DNA of 42,024 nucleotides from Chlorokybus atmophyticus (GCA_009103225.1 RHPI01002116.1:1-42024), one strand, 5' to 3'; shown: positions 24,439 to 34,689, numbered from the stretch's first letter. Numbers and translations are program-made. Notes: a model not told the origin generated them from the sequence alone.

Positions 24439-24909
24439 CTACAGGAGCAAGCGTTGGAGGTCAAGCTGCTCGCGTGGGAGTGTTGAGAGTATTCCTACAT
24501 ACGATCAGCATCGACCCTCCACACAGGAGTAGAAGGTCGTAAGGACGAGCACTAGGTCCGGACTTAGCAAGATGGCATCGTCGGACCAGACTCCGGACTC
24601 CAGACTGGAGCCTTACTAACTGCTTCGTATCTCCGCGTATACTTACTCATATTGAGCGTGTAAGAGCTTGTTGAAAAGCTCTGGTTGTAAGGAAGACAAC
24701 ACAACTTAGAGCGCGTCAAAAGGCTGAGTATAGCTTACGCAGTGCTTGCAAACGTAGACGTGTGTGTAACTGGCTGGTATAAGAACCAGCGGACAACTTG
24801 TAATAGATGAATGTGATGTGACTTGTGTATGCTCTGGTGGCGGTAGCTCTGTCCGTGTGTATCCATGCTTGCCTCAGCTACATGTGCATGCTAGTCCTTC
24901 AACAAAGAC

Positions 24910-25677
24910 ATCCGCCTCATCTCAGCTGATCATCTCATTGCCTTGGGCAATGTCGATCTGTTAATTGCTGGATGGGAGTGCCAAGGTTACTCCAAGGCCG
25001 GCACAGGACAGGGGTTGGACGACCCACGCTCCACCCTTTTCTGAGAGCTGCTGCGAGTCATCCACCTGCTGCAGCACCACCAAATTCAATGTCCCCTGGC
25101 GTACAATATCGAGAACGTCCACTCTGAGGACGATCGCCGTTACCACGTGCAACACAGCTATTGTGTGGTATGCTCCATCCTTGAACATCAAACCAAGATA
25201 AACGCTGCTCGGCATGGGTCACGTGCACATCGCGTCCGTGCCAAGTGGACCAACCTTGCCGCCGTGGAAGAGCTGACAGCCGCAGAGCATCTACTCATTT
25301 GACGTTCCAACAACTTGTTTGTGGATGACATCCGCGACGCTGACAGAACATCGCAACCCGTCTCTCGCCACGGCCACGCCCACTTCCATCAGTGCAACCA
25401 ATCGGGCGAACCACGCAGAGTACTCCCCACGCTGGTCTCATATTCAGGCTCTTATGCTTTCCGAGATGGCGGGGACGGCATGGTCTTTGACCGCACAACG
25501 AACCGACTGGAAGAACCCAACGCACGTGAGCGCGAACGCGCCATGGGTTTCTTTCCGGGCAGCATCACCAGCTGCGCGCTAACCGATAGTCAACAGAGGC
25601 AACTCCTAGGTCGTGCCATGGACCAAAACAGTATGGTTTGGCTACTGAAAATCTGCTTCGCCATTCAAGACCGATAG
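24910..25677 (+). pseudogene. C5 cytosine DNA methyltransferase domain, catalytic C-terminal part
   Basis: Manual translation: IRLISADHLIALGNVDLLIAGWECQGYS (motif IV Cys at 24979-24981), IENV (25111-25119), AHRVRAKWTN, EPNARERERAMGF, RQLLGRAMD. TGA at 25042 and 25300. Confidence 0.92.
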
Positions 25678-27240
25678 GTGTCTCTCAAGGATCTCAAACA
25701 CCTGTCTGGGGGGTGGGTCAATTGCTCCGACGCTGTCGTGGCCCACATCGCCCTGAAGATCGCTCACATGGAGGAGCGGGTAGCAGTCACAGTGGAGGAC
25801 ATCCATGTGAAGGCAACCGCCACGTCATGGGATCACGCCATGGAACCCTTGGCAACAGGCTCTGTGAAGGAACAGTTGGAGTCGCTCCTCAACAAATGGA
25901 GAGCTCTGTTCAGTTTCAACGTCAAGAAGCTGGGCAAGTGTTCAGTGTACCAGATGGACATCAACCTCGTCGACGAAGAACTGGCGTTCAGAAGACAGTA
26001 CAAGCTGTCTAAGTTGGAGGAAGACTTGGTGGAACAGCGATGCAAGGCATTGCTGGAGGCGGGACTCATCGAGGAATCCACGTCCGACTTCGCTGCCGCC
26101 ACAGTCATGCCCCTCAAGAAGGACTCAGAGGGCAACTGACAGAACGGCGGATGTGTGGGGATTATTGCCCACTCAACAACAAAACCAAGCAGGATCGGTT
26201 ATCAATGCCAACCGCAGAGGGCATCTTCGACGACGTCGGCTCGTGTACCGTGTTCAGCATTCTGGACATGCGGCAGGGGTACAACCAGATCGAGATCAAG
26301 CCCGAAGACAAGCACAAAACGGCATTTTGGGGCAACCGGCAGGTGTACACTGGAAGGTCATGCCTTTCGGGCTGAAGAACGCGCCAGCAAAGTTCCAGCG
26401 CGTAATGGACAAGGCGTTGAAGGGGTGCTCCTTCGCGCGGTGCTACATCCACGACATCCTGATCTTCAGCCACACCGCAGAGGAGCATCTCCTCCACATC
26501 GAGGAGGTACTACTAAGGAGAGTTCAGGCAGTAGGGATGACTGTGCACCCCGACAAGTGCACTTTCTTCACCCACAAGGAACCCTACCTCGGCCACATGA
26601 TCGTGCCCAACGGCGTATACGTTCAGCAGGCCAAGGTGGAAGCTCGGCATCTATTCCAGCCCCGACAGAGCTGACTCGACTGCGTGCCTTCCTCGGCCTC
26701 GCCAACTACTATATGAGGTTCGTCAAAGACTTCGCTAAGGTGGCGCGCCCCCTCAACGAACTCCTCAAGAAAGAGACAGAGTGGAGCTAAAAGGAGGCCC
26801 AGCAACAGGCTTTCGAGGAGCTGAAGCACAGGCTCACATCAGCCCCCATTTTGCATCGACCAGACTACACCAAGCCCTTTGTTCTCCACACCAACTGGAG
26901 CAAACTCGGCATGGGTGCTGTCTTGGTCCAGCTCAATGATACAAGAAGGAACGGGTGGTGTCCTACGCCAGCCGCAGCAACAACAGCGCTGAAGCCAATC
27001 ACAGCAGTTACGAGGGCGAGTGCCTTGCCGCTGTATGGGTCATCTCCTTCTTCAGACCATTCATGTTCGGGAGACAGTTCTCGCTAATCACCGACCACCA
27101 GCTGCTGCGCTGGCTCATGACCAATCAACACCTTACGGGCAAGTTGGCCAGGTGGGCCTTGCTGCTACAGGAGTACGTTTCAAGATCACCCACCGGACAG
27201 GCCTGGCCAACCAGGACGCGGATGGCCTCAGTCGCAACCC
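25678..27240 (+). pseudogene. pol: Gypsy-type reverse transcriptase and RNase H (frameshifted)
   Basis: RRMCGDY, ILDMRQGYNQI, VMPFGLKNAP, YIHD (26444-26455, normally YxDD), LRAFLGLANYY, FVLHTNWS, SYEGECLA, TDHQ, NQDADGLSR. About four frameshifts. Confidence 0.95.
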
Positions 27241-27469
27241 CCACCTCTCCACCAACAACGCCACCGGTGCCCGTCATGACTTGGGTCCGTTGGCACCACC
27301 ACCACAGGTGGCCACCATGCTTGCCGTCGCTGCGCTACGCTCATGACACCATCACAGGAGCAGCTCCGACGATGCTAGTATCTGACGATATGCCAGCGCT
27401 CATCCCTGTCGACACTGACACATCTGAGCAGGCCACACCCGATGATGCTCAACTCCCAGCAACGAATCT

Positions 27470-28640
27470 ACGTCAAAACATCTGGCTGGACAAGAACTCC
27501 ATGGCCTACCTACAGCATGGACAGCATATAGCAGGACTGAGCGCGCGTGAACGGGACTGCGTCAGTCAGCGCTGCCAGAACTACCGATGGGAGGATGGAC
27601 TCGTCTTTCGGCGTGTCCACATCCACAACAAAGAAGTTCCGGCGCTGCACCGTCGCGAGGGCATCATCTCTGCACTCCACACGAAGCTAGGTCATTTCGG
27701 TGTCAATCATACCGACAGCTTGGTGAGTGCCCAATACTGGTGGCATGGCATGCACACTCAGGTTCGCACTCTTGTCGCAAGCTGCGCGCATTGCGACCTT
27801 GTGCGTGCCAGCCTCAACACCCGTACCAGCACGCTTCATCCGCTGCCTATAGCCGGCATGTTCTACCGGTGGGGACTGGACATCCTTGAAGATTTGGCAC
27901 CCTCAGCTCGTAGCAACAAGTACATCCTCGTCATGATCGAACACTTCTTCAAGTGGGTTGAGCTGGTCCCCCTTCCCGACAAAAGCAGCAGGGGAACCGC
28001 TCAGGCGTTCCTCGACCATGTGCTCAGTCGCTTCGGCTCATGTGCTGAAGTCATTACCGACCAAGGGGCAGAATTCCGCGGCGAGTTCGACACCTTGCTG
28101 GATCGCTCCTACATCGACCACCGGCGGACCTCTCGTGACCATCCGCAGGCAGATGGACTGGCGGAGCGTATTGTCCAGACCATCAAGAAGGCCTTGCGCA
28201 AGTACGTCATCGACCACGAGAAACGCACCTGAGATGACTACCTCCCCTTGATAGCACTAGGCTATCAGCTTTCCAAACAGGCTTCCTTGCGCATGTACAG
28301 CCCATACCAGCTGCTTTTTGGCAGGGAACCCTTACTCCCGTTCCGCGCTAAAAAGGAAGTGGAACGCGTGCTGGACAACCTCGACGACCCTGTGGCTATG
28401 CTGCACGACATGCAGCAGCGCGCCTACCTGTTCGCGCACGTCATCCCCATGGCCATGGGCAACCTCCGCATTGCTCAGCACCGGGACACACTGCGCTACG
28501 AACGCGTCCGCAGTGGGTTCTACAAGCAGCGCAGCCGCCGCTTCGAGGCGGGCGACTACGATTACCGTATGACCCAGACCAAAGACACCCTTGACATCAG
28601 TGTCAAACGCGTCGTCTACAAAGACCTAAAGGTGCTCCCT
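27470..28640 (+). pseudogene. DDE integrase
   Basis: LHTKLGHFG...CAHC (HHCC), WGLDI, VITDQG, GLAER. TGA at 28230-28232 in KRT*DDYLP. Confidence 0.95.
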
Positions 28641-28684
28641 TTGGAGTTCTGGACTTACTCGGCAACGACGACGATGACGCACTC

Positions 28685-28813
28685 ATGATGTTGTGCGACG
28701 GGTGCAACAACGGCATGCACTGCTACTGCCTCGACCCGCCAAAGGACACTGTGCCCCTGGAGGCATATTCGTGTGAGGACTGTCGCATCCATGGTCCTCC
28801 TCATTCCCGCTGA
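28685..28813 (+). pseudogene. PHD finger (C-terminal three-quarters) ending the polyprotein
   Basis: MLCDGCNNGMHCYCLDPPKDTVPLEAYSCEDC matches the PHD C4HC3 pattern. The first CxxC pair is missing. Not in the ORF track. Confidence 0.85.
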
Positions 28814-28849
28814 AGGCTGCTCAATGGAACAGAGGCTTCCCCAGTTCAC

Positions 28850-28862
28850 AGAGGGGGTGGCT
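28850..28862 (+). promoter_or_regulatory. Putative polypurine tract AGAGGGGGTGGCT before repeat A1
   Basis: Purine-rich run immediately 5' of the TG at 28863. Confidence 0.6.
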
Positions 28863-29112
28863 TGTTGACTTGCTCTTATTAGCATTATCAGCAACGCATT
28901 TCATTACTCAGAGCACGCAGCACCACATCGTATCACATGTCATTAACATCATATGAGTTGTCCCCACAAGTAGGTACAGGCAGGGGGGTATCCTTTGCCT
29001 CCCGCACTGTGCAGCTACACAATCGACAGCCCACCAGGCTGGCCTCATTCCCTGTCATGACAATACAGTTGGGATCGACCCGGAGAGGCACACGACCCTG
29101 CCAGGCCCGACA
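28863..29112 (+). repeat. Repeat A1 (250 bp, TG...CA)
   Basis: 3 differences from 29776-30025. Confidence 0.96.
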
Positions 29113-29114
29113 GC

Positions 29115-29775
29115 TGTCATGCCAGCGGTCCAGGAGGGGCCAACTTCCTAGAGGATGCCTACAGCCAAGCATCATTCCCGCGCTACCGGCATCACAGCAC
29201 TTCCCCATCAGCTATGCCTACAGTCAGGCATCAACCCTGGTTACCAGCATGGGTCCCGCGCGACGCTGAGCAGTTTTGAGTCAGTCCTCGTAAGTACCGT
29301 AGTATAGACGAACTAGCTGATCCGTTGTGAGTTGACTTAGGTCTGATCTAGGTCATTTCGTAAACTAGCCGTTATTTTAGAACTGAACAGTCGTCACTTG
29401 ACTATAAAGGCTTAGGACTTTGACTCTGTACGTTGATGACACTGTAAGTGAGAATTGAGAGACTTGGAGAAACGAAGTAAGGATGCTGACTTTCGGAGTG
29501 CGTTGGACTTGCTCTCTGGAGGTTGTGGCTTGATGTGACTGCACCACCTCGACGCCCCGGTTGCCAAGATACATCTACACGTGAGAGAATGCAGCGTATG
29601 CACACAGGCATTGCTTGTCACTTGATGTGATTGTGGTTGCGTGGGTGCACGTTGTGTAGTCCGCATCAGAGTGTGGTATCTACCGGTTGCCGCATTCATA
29701 CACCTCACTTAACAGTGAAATTATCTTGACCTCATGCAAGGAACTGTATAAGCAGCACTACCTCTAGTAGTGGCT
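29115..29775 (+). repeat. Repeat B2 (661 bp)
   Basis: Direct repeat of 3947-4606. Separated from A1 by the dinucleotide GC within the palindrome GACAGCTGTC (29109-29118). Confidence 0.96.
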
Positions 29776-30025
29776 TGTTGACTTGCTCTTGTTAGCATTA
29801 TCAGCAACGCATTTCATTACTCAGAGCACGCAGCACCACATCGTATCACATGTCATTAACATCATATGGGTTGTCCCCACAAGTAGGTACAGGCAGGGGG
29901 GTATCCTTTGCCTCCCGCACTGTGCAGCTACACAATCGACAGCCCACCAGGCTGGCCTCATTCCCTGTCATGAAAATACAGTTGGGATCGACCCGGAGAG
30001 GCACACGACCCTGCCAGGCCCGACA
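29776..30025 (+). repeat. Terminal repeat A2 (250 bp)
   Basis: Copy of A1; followed by TSD ATCA. Confidence 0.96.
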
Positions 30026-30089
30026 ATCATTGGGCAAGCTCAGTCGCACACCTCACACCGCATCTGGATGGTAGTCTGCGGTTGAGCCG

Positions 30090-30602
30090 CCTGCCTTATG
30101 CAAAAGTCGAACACCAGGTCGCTACCCAAGCGATGGCTTCTCAAGGAAACCTGCCATACACACATCTGTTCATGTGCGCATGCATTTACCTTACGGATGC
30201 AGTATTAATGCTCAAAACCTATGCACCGTTTGGTGGCAAAGTTGTGTGCACAACTCGTTTCCCTTTGTATAAGTGTAAGCTGGCAGAATGGTTGTTATGT
30301 GCGTGTACGTGCGCGTGTGCGTGCGTGCGTTGCATGACCGTTATAGCACCTTGTATATGACGACGGCGTTGTGATGGCGGAACTTGCATTACACGTGGTT
30401 GAGACTGCGCGTGACCTCAAAGGTATTGTTCTGGCAGGCTCACGTTGTACAGCACGTCCAGCTCACAATGCAGTGTCATCCGGGTGGCACGCTGTTTGCT
30501 TGCATTTGGTGAACGCGCAGCGGCTACCTGGCCAGGAGGATCGGCCCACAGCATGCGCTGGCCAATGCCATGAACCACCAACATGAGGTGACCTACAGGA
30601 AC
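30090..30602 (-). pseudogene. Exon remnants of a host DDHD / PA-preferring phospholipase A1 (SGR2-like) gene
   Basis: VPVGHLMLVVHGIGQ; LDVLYNVS-(frameshift)-CQNNTFEVTRSLNHV*CKFRHHNAVVIYK; GT-AG intron 30349-30151; VSLRSHRLGSDLVFDF. These follow the order of recalled SGR2 motifs HGIGQ, DVLYYMSP-YCQ, LNRLYLKF and GHSLGS. Confidence 0.75.
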
Positions 30603-30934
30603 CTGCATCGGTAATGCACATGCGGGATTTTAGTAAAGAGCAAGTAAGATAGAGAATGCACAGAAGAGCTGCCTGGTTGAATCAACTCTTGCTGTCAAAA
30701 TGGCCTGTGCGAGCACGGATTTATTGCACAAGACCAGCCCACACATCTGAGCAGTATTTCTCCCGTTCTTCTGGAGCTCCGTAAGTTCTGCTCTACGAAA
30801 CCAAAATCAAACCTCATTTTCTACATGCACCATGTGGCTGAAGTGTGCCACGCACAGAGGGGTTGTGATGAGGTGTTGACGCCGCCACATGCGCGCCAGA
30901 GTGCTAACATCTGGATGGACTCCATGCATATTAC

Positions 30935-31150
30935 TTAGCCGCGCAGGAGCTTGTAACCGAAAGGCTTAAAGCTGGACGAGCCAGTGAACGTGCGGGTGAG
31001 CTTCGGGCCCGTGTCATTGACACTGCTGAGCGGTAGCGGCCGCGTGCAGCTGCTGTCATAGGAGGACAGCTTGCAGCAATCACTATGATCCTAGGCTGGT
31101 GAGCGCGTGTGCATGGCTTCTGGATGCAGCTCGACCACATACAAAATGTA
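30935..31150 (-). pseudogene. Possible upstream exon remnant of the same phospholipase-like gene
   Basis: Acceptor-like CCACAG then YILYVVELH...FKPFGYKLLRG*, weakly like the LRRGY motif. Contains stops. Confidence 0.3.
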
Positions 31151-32599
31151 CCTGTGGCAGGAAAACAGTCAGTTCGCACTGATGGTGCTGCCTCCAAGTT
31201 GTCATTGTGAGGTGGACTGCTTTGCCACCATGCCAAGATGAGGATATTGCACTGCATAACCCCACACGCGTCCGTTCAAGCACTCATCTAGCCGCACATG
31301 CACAACATAGGTATGTGTGCGTAACTGGGCAGTGCACACCGTACAGTTACTGTGCCCATATTCAACACAAAGTGTGTGCCACAGACTTCCCCCTTCCCCC
31401 ATCTCACTTGCCTAACGCCGCCTGATGTGGCGCACAGCACAGGCTAGATCGCCTCCAACTTGACGTTTACATGTATACAATAGGCAGGTTCCATGGTGCC
31501 ACAAGTATTTTCCTTTGGTTGGTAACAGCTTGATTATGGTTATGTTGTCTGCCTTTCTCACGTCATAATGTGTGTTACGTCTGCTTGCATTGCGGCGGCG
31601 TATTATTTTATGATGTATTGCATTCATGCAATGCTATCATAGCAACACCCATGACATTTGGCAATAAATGCAAACAAGGATTAGCGCTCAATAACATAGC
31701 AAGCAACACTTCTATATGTACGCATAAAGCACAAGGGTTAACGTAAACTCCGTAGCAGGTAAGTCGCAGACAATTGTGCCAAATTTCATGTCAGCAAACC
31801 AATGCACATAACAAAAGCGTTCGTTAATGCATTGTCGAGCAATTTGGCACATATTCTGTAGCTCTTGAATTACGCACTAACATTCTTGTAATTTGAGTTG
31901 CCTACAATGCTATACAAATAGTGGCCACATACGGCCAATATAGCAGTTTGCTAATGGTGTTACCTTTAAATGTGGCACATTGCATATGTGTTCTTTCATA
32001 CATATACAATAGCACATTGCAAAATTCCATCGATGCACACCACAAAAAGCTGCGACCTTTAAGCAGTTGAAACTTTGGTGTAGCACATACATTTTATTGT
32101 AATTACCTTTGTGCATGAGTCGCGTAATTTTCACATATGGGCAAGACATAGCACGTATCTTGGTATGACAATTGCTTGAAGTTACACATCAAATATAATC
32201 TTGTTTGCCAATTCATGTCAGTGGTTGCTTGATATAACAAGTGGCACTCGTGCGAGGACGTTACAACGTCGTCAACCACTATAACGGCATTGTATAATGC
32301 TAGTATAGTGCGCCATGAATGACATGCTTCAACTCTTAAATGTACTTTACAATCTGGCTTACAATTGCATGACTTTCTCAACTTGGCAAACAATTATAAA
32401 ACTGCTATTACAAATTGATCGTGAGAAATAATGAGTTACTAATACAAATACACTACTCAATAAACATGTCCTTGCTAAGTCACCTTTGACATCAGCAAAA
32501 GCTCTACGAGTTCACAATCCAAAGCTCATACACGCAAAATCACGAAAGCTTCAATAGAATTCACGTAATCAAGCAAGGTTGGAAAGGCGAATAGTTGGC

Positions 32600-33720
32600 C
32601 TTCATTCACGCACACACACACACACGCCTTTCTACGCACCTGCACCCGGGTGCGCACATGCTCACAAACACACGCCTCCCCCCCCTCCCNNNNNNNNNNN
32701 NNNNNNNNNNNNNNNNNNNNNNNNNNNNNNNNNNNNNNNNNNNNNNNNNNNNNNNNNNNNNNNNNNNNNNNNNNNNNNNNNNNNNNNNNNNNNNNNNNNN
32801 NNNNNNNNNNNNNNNNNNNNNNNNNNNNNNNNNNNNNNNNNNNNNNNNNNNNNNNNNNNNNNNNNNNNNNNNNNNNNNNNNNNNNNNNNNNNNNNNNNNN
32901 NNNNNNNNNNNNNNCCCCCGCCTGAGCGCTTGCGGGCGTCGACATTGGCTTCGCTGCTGCAATGCCGCCGGGGCTATGGCCAGCTGTAGTAGCCACTGCA
33001 ATGGCTGGCATGCCAGGCTAGCCGCCCTGTACATCTTGCGTGTATGGTCGACACGGGGTTGGCGGATGGATTAGTGCGATTGGGTTGTGGCTATTTGCAA
33101 CTTCGCTTGGACTTGTTGAGTGCTTTCATGGATTGAGTTTTACACAACATGATCGCAACAAGCTTCGCAGCGATTGTTGGGTTGTGTTGCGGCAATAGCA
33201 AGGCAAACACTAGACTCCAATCGCTATAATATTTTAACATAGAGCCGTTCACCGCTCGCTACTTCCTGTTGCCAGCAACAACCATTGATGGCACCCCTGC
33301 TACACTGGCAAACCGTTGTGATTTGGTTAGCCAGTGTGTTCTTGCGTTGTGTGCGTGCCACGCCCTCTCCCCCCTTTTCCCTGGAGCACACAGCCACACC
33401 AACACCACACGCACACACGCCTTCCTCAATGCGGTGCGTCACTCACCAAACATCCAACTTGCCCTTAAAGAAAACAAGTTGTGCGCGTGTGCGCATTTGC
33501 ATACGCTTGGTGCAAGTTCAACAAAGTTTGTTCAGTGCCGTGCCGTGCGTGTGGGGCCCGGACCTACGTCACCTCTACCAAATTCAGGACCACCTCACCT
33601 CGTTGGTGAATGCTGGTGCACCGTGCACCAAGGCTTGTGCTGCGCCTCATGCAGTGTCCCTGCAAAGTATTATACATGATGGGTGCAAATGCATGTGCGG
33701 ATGCATGTGCGTGCACCAGA
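32600..33720 (+). repeat. Diverged segmental duplicate, copy 1 (paralogue at about 37745-38880)
   Basis: Collinear shared blocks such as GGGTTGTG..TTGCAACT, GGCAAACACTA, CTGCTACACTGGCA, CAGTGC.GTGCC.TGCGT and GCTGCGCCTCATGC. Confidence 0.75.
32690..32914. other. Assembly gap (225 N) flanked by C-rich tracts
   Basis: N run. Confidence 1.
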
Positions 33721-34339
33721 TACTGTGCAGCTGCCCAGGTGCAATCAGACACACACAAGGCTGTTGGTTAGATTAGGAGTACAGACGCATGCGTCCAACT
33801 TGGTTTAAAACGTACTAGACAGGCTGTTGGACTGAGACATTTGCAGAACGGCCGTCAAACTTCCAGTCTATCAATTAAATGCCATTGCGGCGGCCGCTGC
33901 TACCTCATTGCAACTTTCTATTACTTCAATTGGCATAGTCATGCCCTCGCAGTGCATGTGTGCTGTTGGCACTGACGTGCGCCAGCGCGAATGCAGAAAG
34001 TCTGTGGCATCCTTGAATCAAAGCAGTTTCAGCACATGCAGAATCCGCTATTGCTCTTTCTTACTATGCGCTGTGACTCTGGTTCCTGTAATCATTAGAC
34101 ATGATCGCATTCGTCCTTTGTAAGCCAACATGACAAGCTCATGGTCGCGCGCATACCAGCACGCGCAATCGTAATCCGCCTCGAAATGACGAGGCCATGT
34201 TGCAGTTGGTCGTGCCTCATGCCTGCATGTGACAGAGAGATGTCCTTGCCCCTGCATGATGATGGTGCACATATTTAAGCTCACAATGAGAATGACGGAA
34301 GCATTGCACCATGATGTGCTACAAGTAATAGCACTGACT

Positions 34340-34600
34340 AGTCCTACTAGTAGTGCTCATCACAGGTAGTAGTTTTAGCGGCAGCAGTAGTAATTTACTG
34401 GTGCAGCAGTAGTAGTAACTTACTGCTTACTACACTGCTTTTTGGAATGGCAGTACTGCTACTAGAACTAGGAGTACTGCCATGACGACTACTAGTGGGA
34501 CGAGTAGTAGCAGTATTGCAGCTGCTAGCAGAGCTATCACTGCTACTACTAGCAGCGATAGCGGCTCTAGCACGAGTACTACTAGCACCACTACGTGCCA
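34340..34600. repeat. Degenerate (AGT/AGC)n low-complexity tract
   Basis: Many TAGTAG, CAGCAG and ACTACT units. Confidence 0.7.
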
Positions 34601-34689
34601 TCCATACTACGGGCGTGCAGTGCGCAGTGTGCTCCCCGCAGTTGCTCCACAAGCGCGGGGGATTGATGTGTGCAAGCGCAGTGCAAACT

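Larger units (their letters stand above)
20000..24904 (+). mobile_element. Ty1/Copia copy D, full-length and very young; TSD AAGAC; splits the methyltransferase
   Basis: LTRs at 20000-20423 and 24481-24904 (1 difference seen). AAGAC at 19995-19999 and 24905-24909. Confidence 0.98.
3947..30025 (+). mobile_element. Decayed Ty3/Gypsy-like retrotransposon carrying a C5 DNA methyltransferase and PHD finger, with split direct repeats; interrupted by four Copia-type insertions
   Basis: Starts TGTCATG at 3947 and ends CCCGACA at 30025; ATCA at 3943-3946 and 30026-30029. Reading frames rejoin across each nested TSD. PR-RT-RH-IN order. Confidence 0.92.

Noticed and set aside
3290-24904. CRISPR-like array or prokaryotic IS elements
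   Set aside because: The recurring repeats are 422-424-bp LTRs with TG...CA ends and 5-bp TSDs. There is no repeat-spacer periodicity and no transposase.
4821-28813. Alternative genetic code (TAA/TAG = Gln or Tyr), suggested by many in-frame TAR codons
   Set aside because: TGA stops and frameshifts are about as common in the same element, and two 1295-aa Copia ORFs contain no TAR codon. Ordinary decay explains the pattern.
26000-28813. Tyrosine recombinase (DIRS/Ngaro) as the explanation for the split repeats
   Set aside because: No recombinase R-H-R-Y motifs were seen. A clear HHCC/DDE integrase and a TSD are present instead.
31540-32560. AT-rich stretch (also about 36740-37520) as a MITE or organellar insertion
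   Set aside because: No terminal inverted repeats, TSD or recognisable gene could be found by eye.
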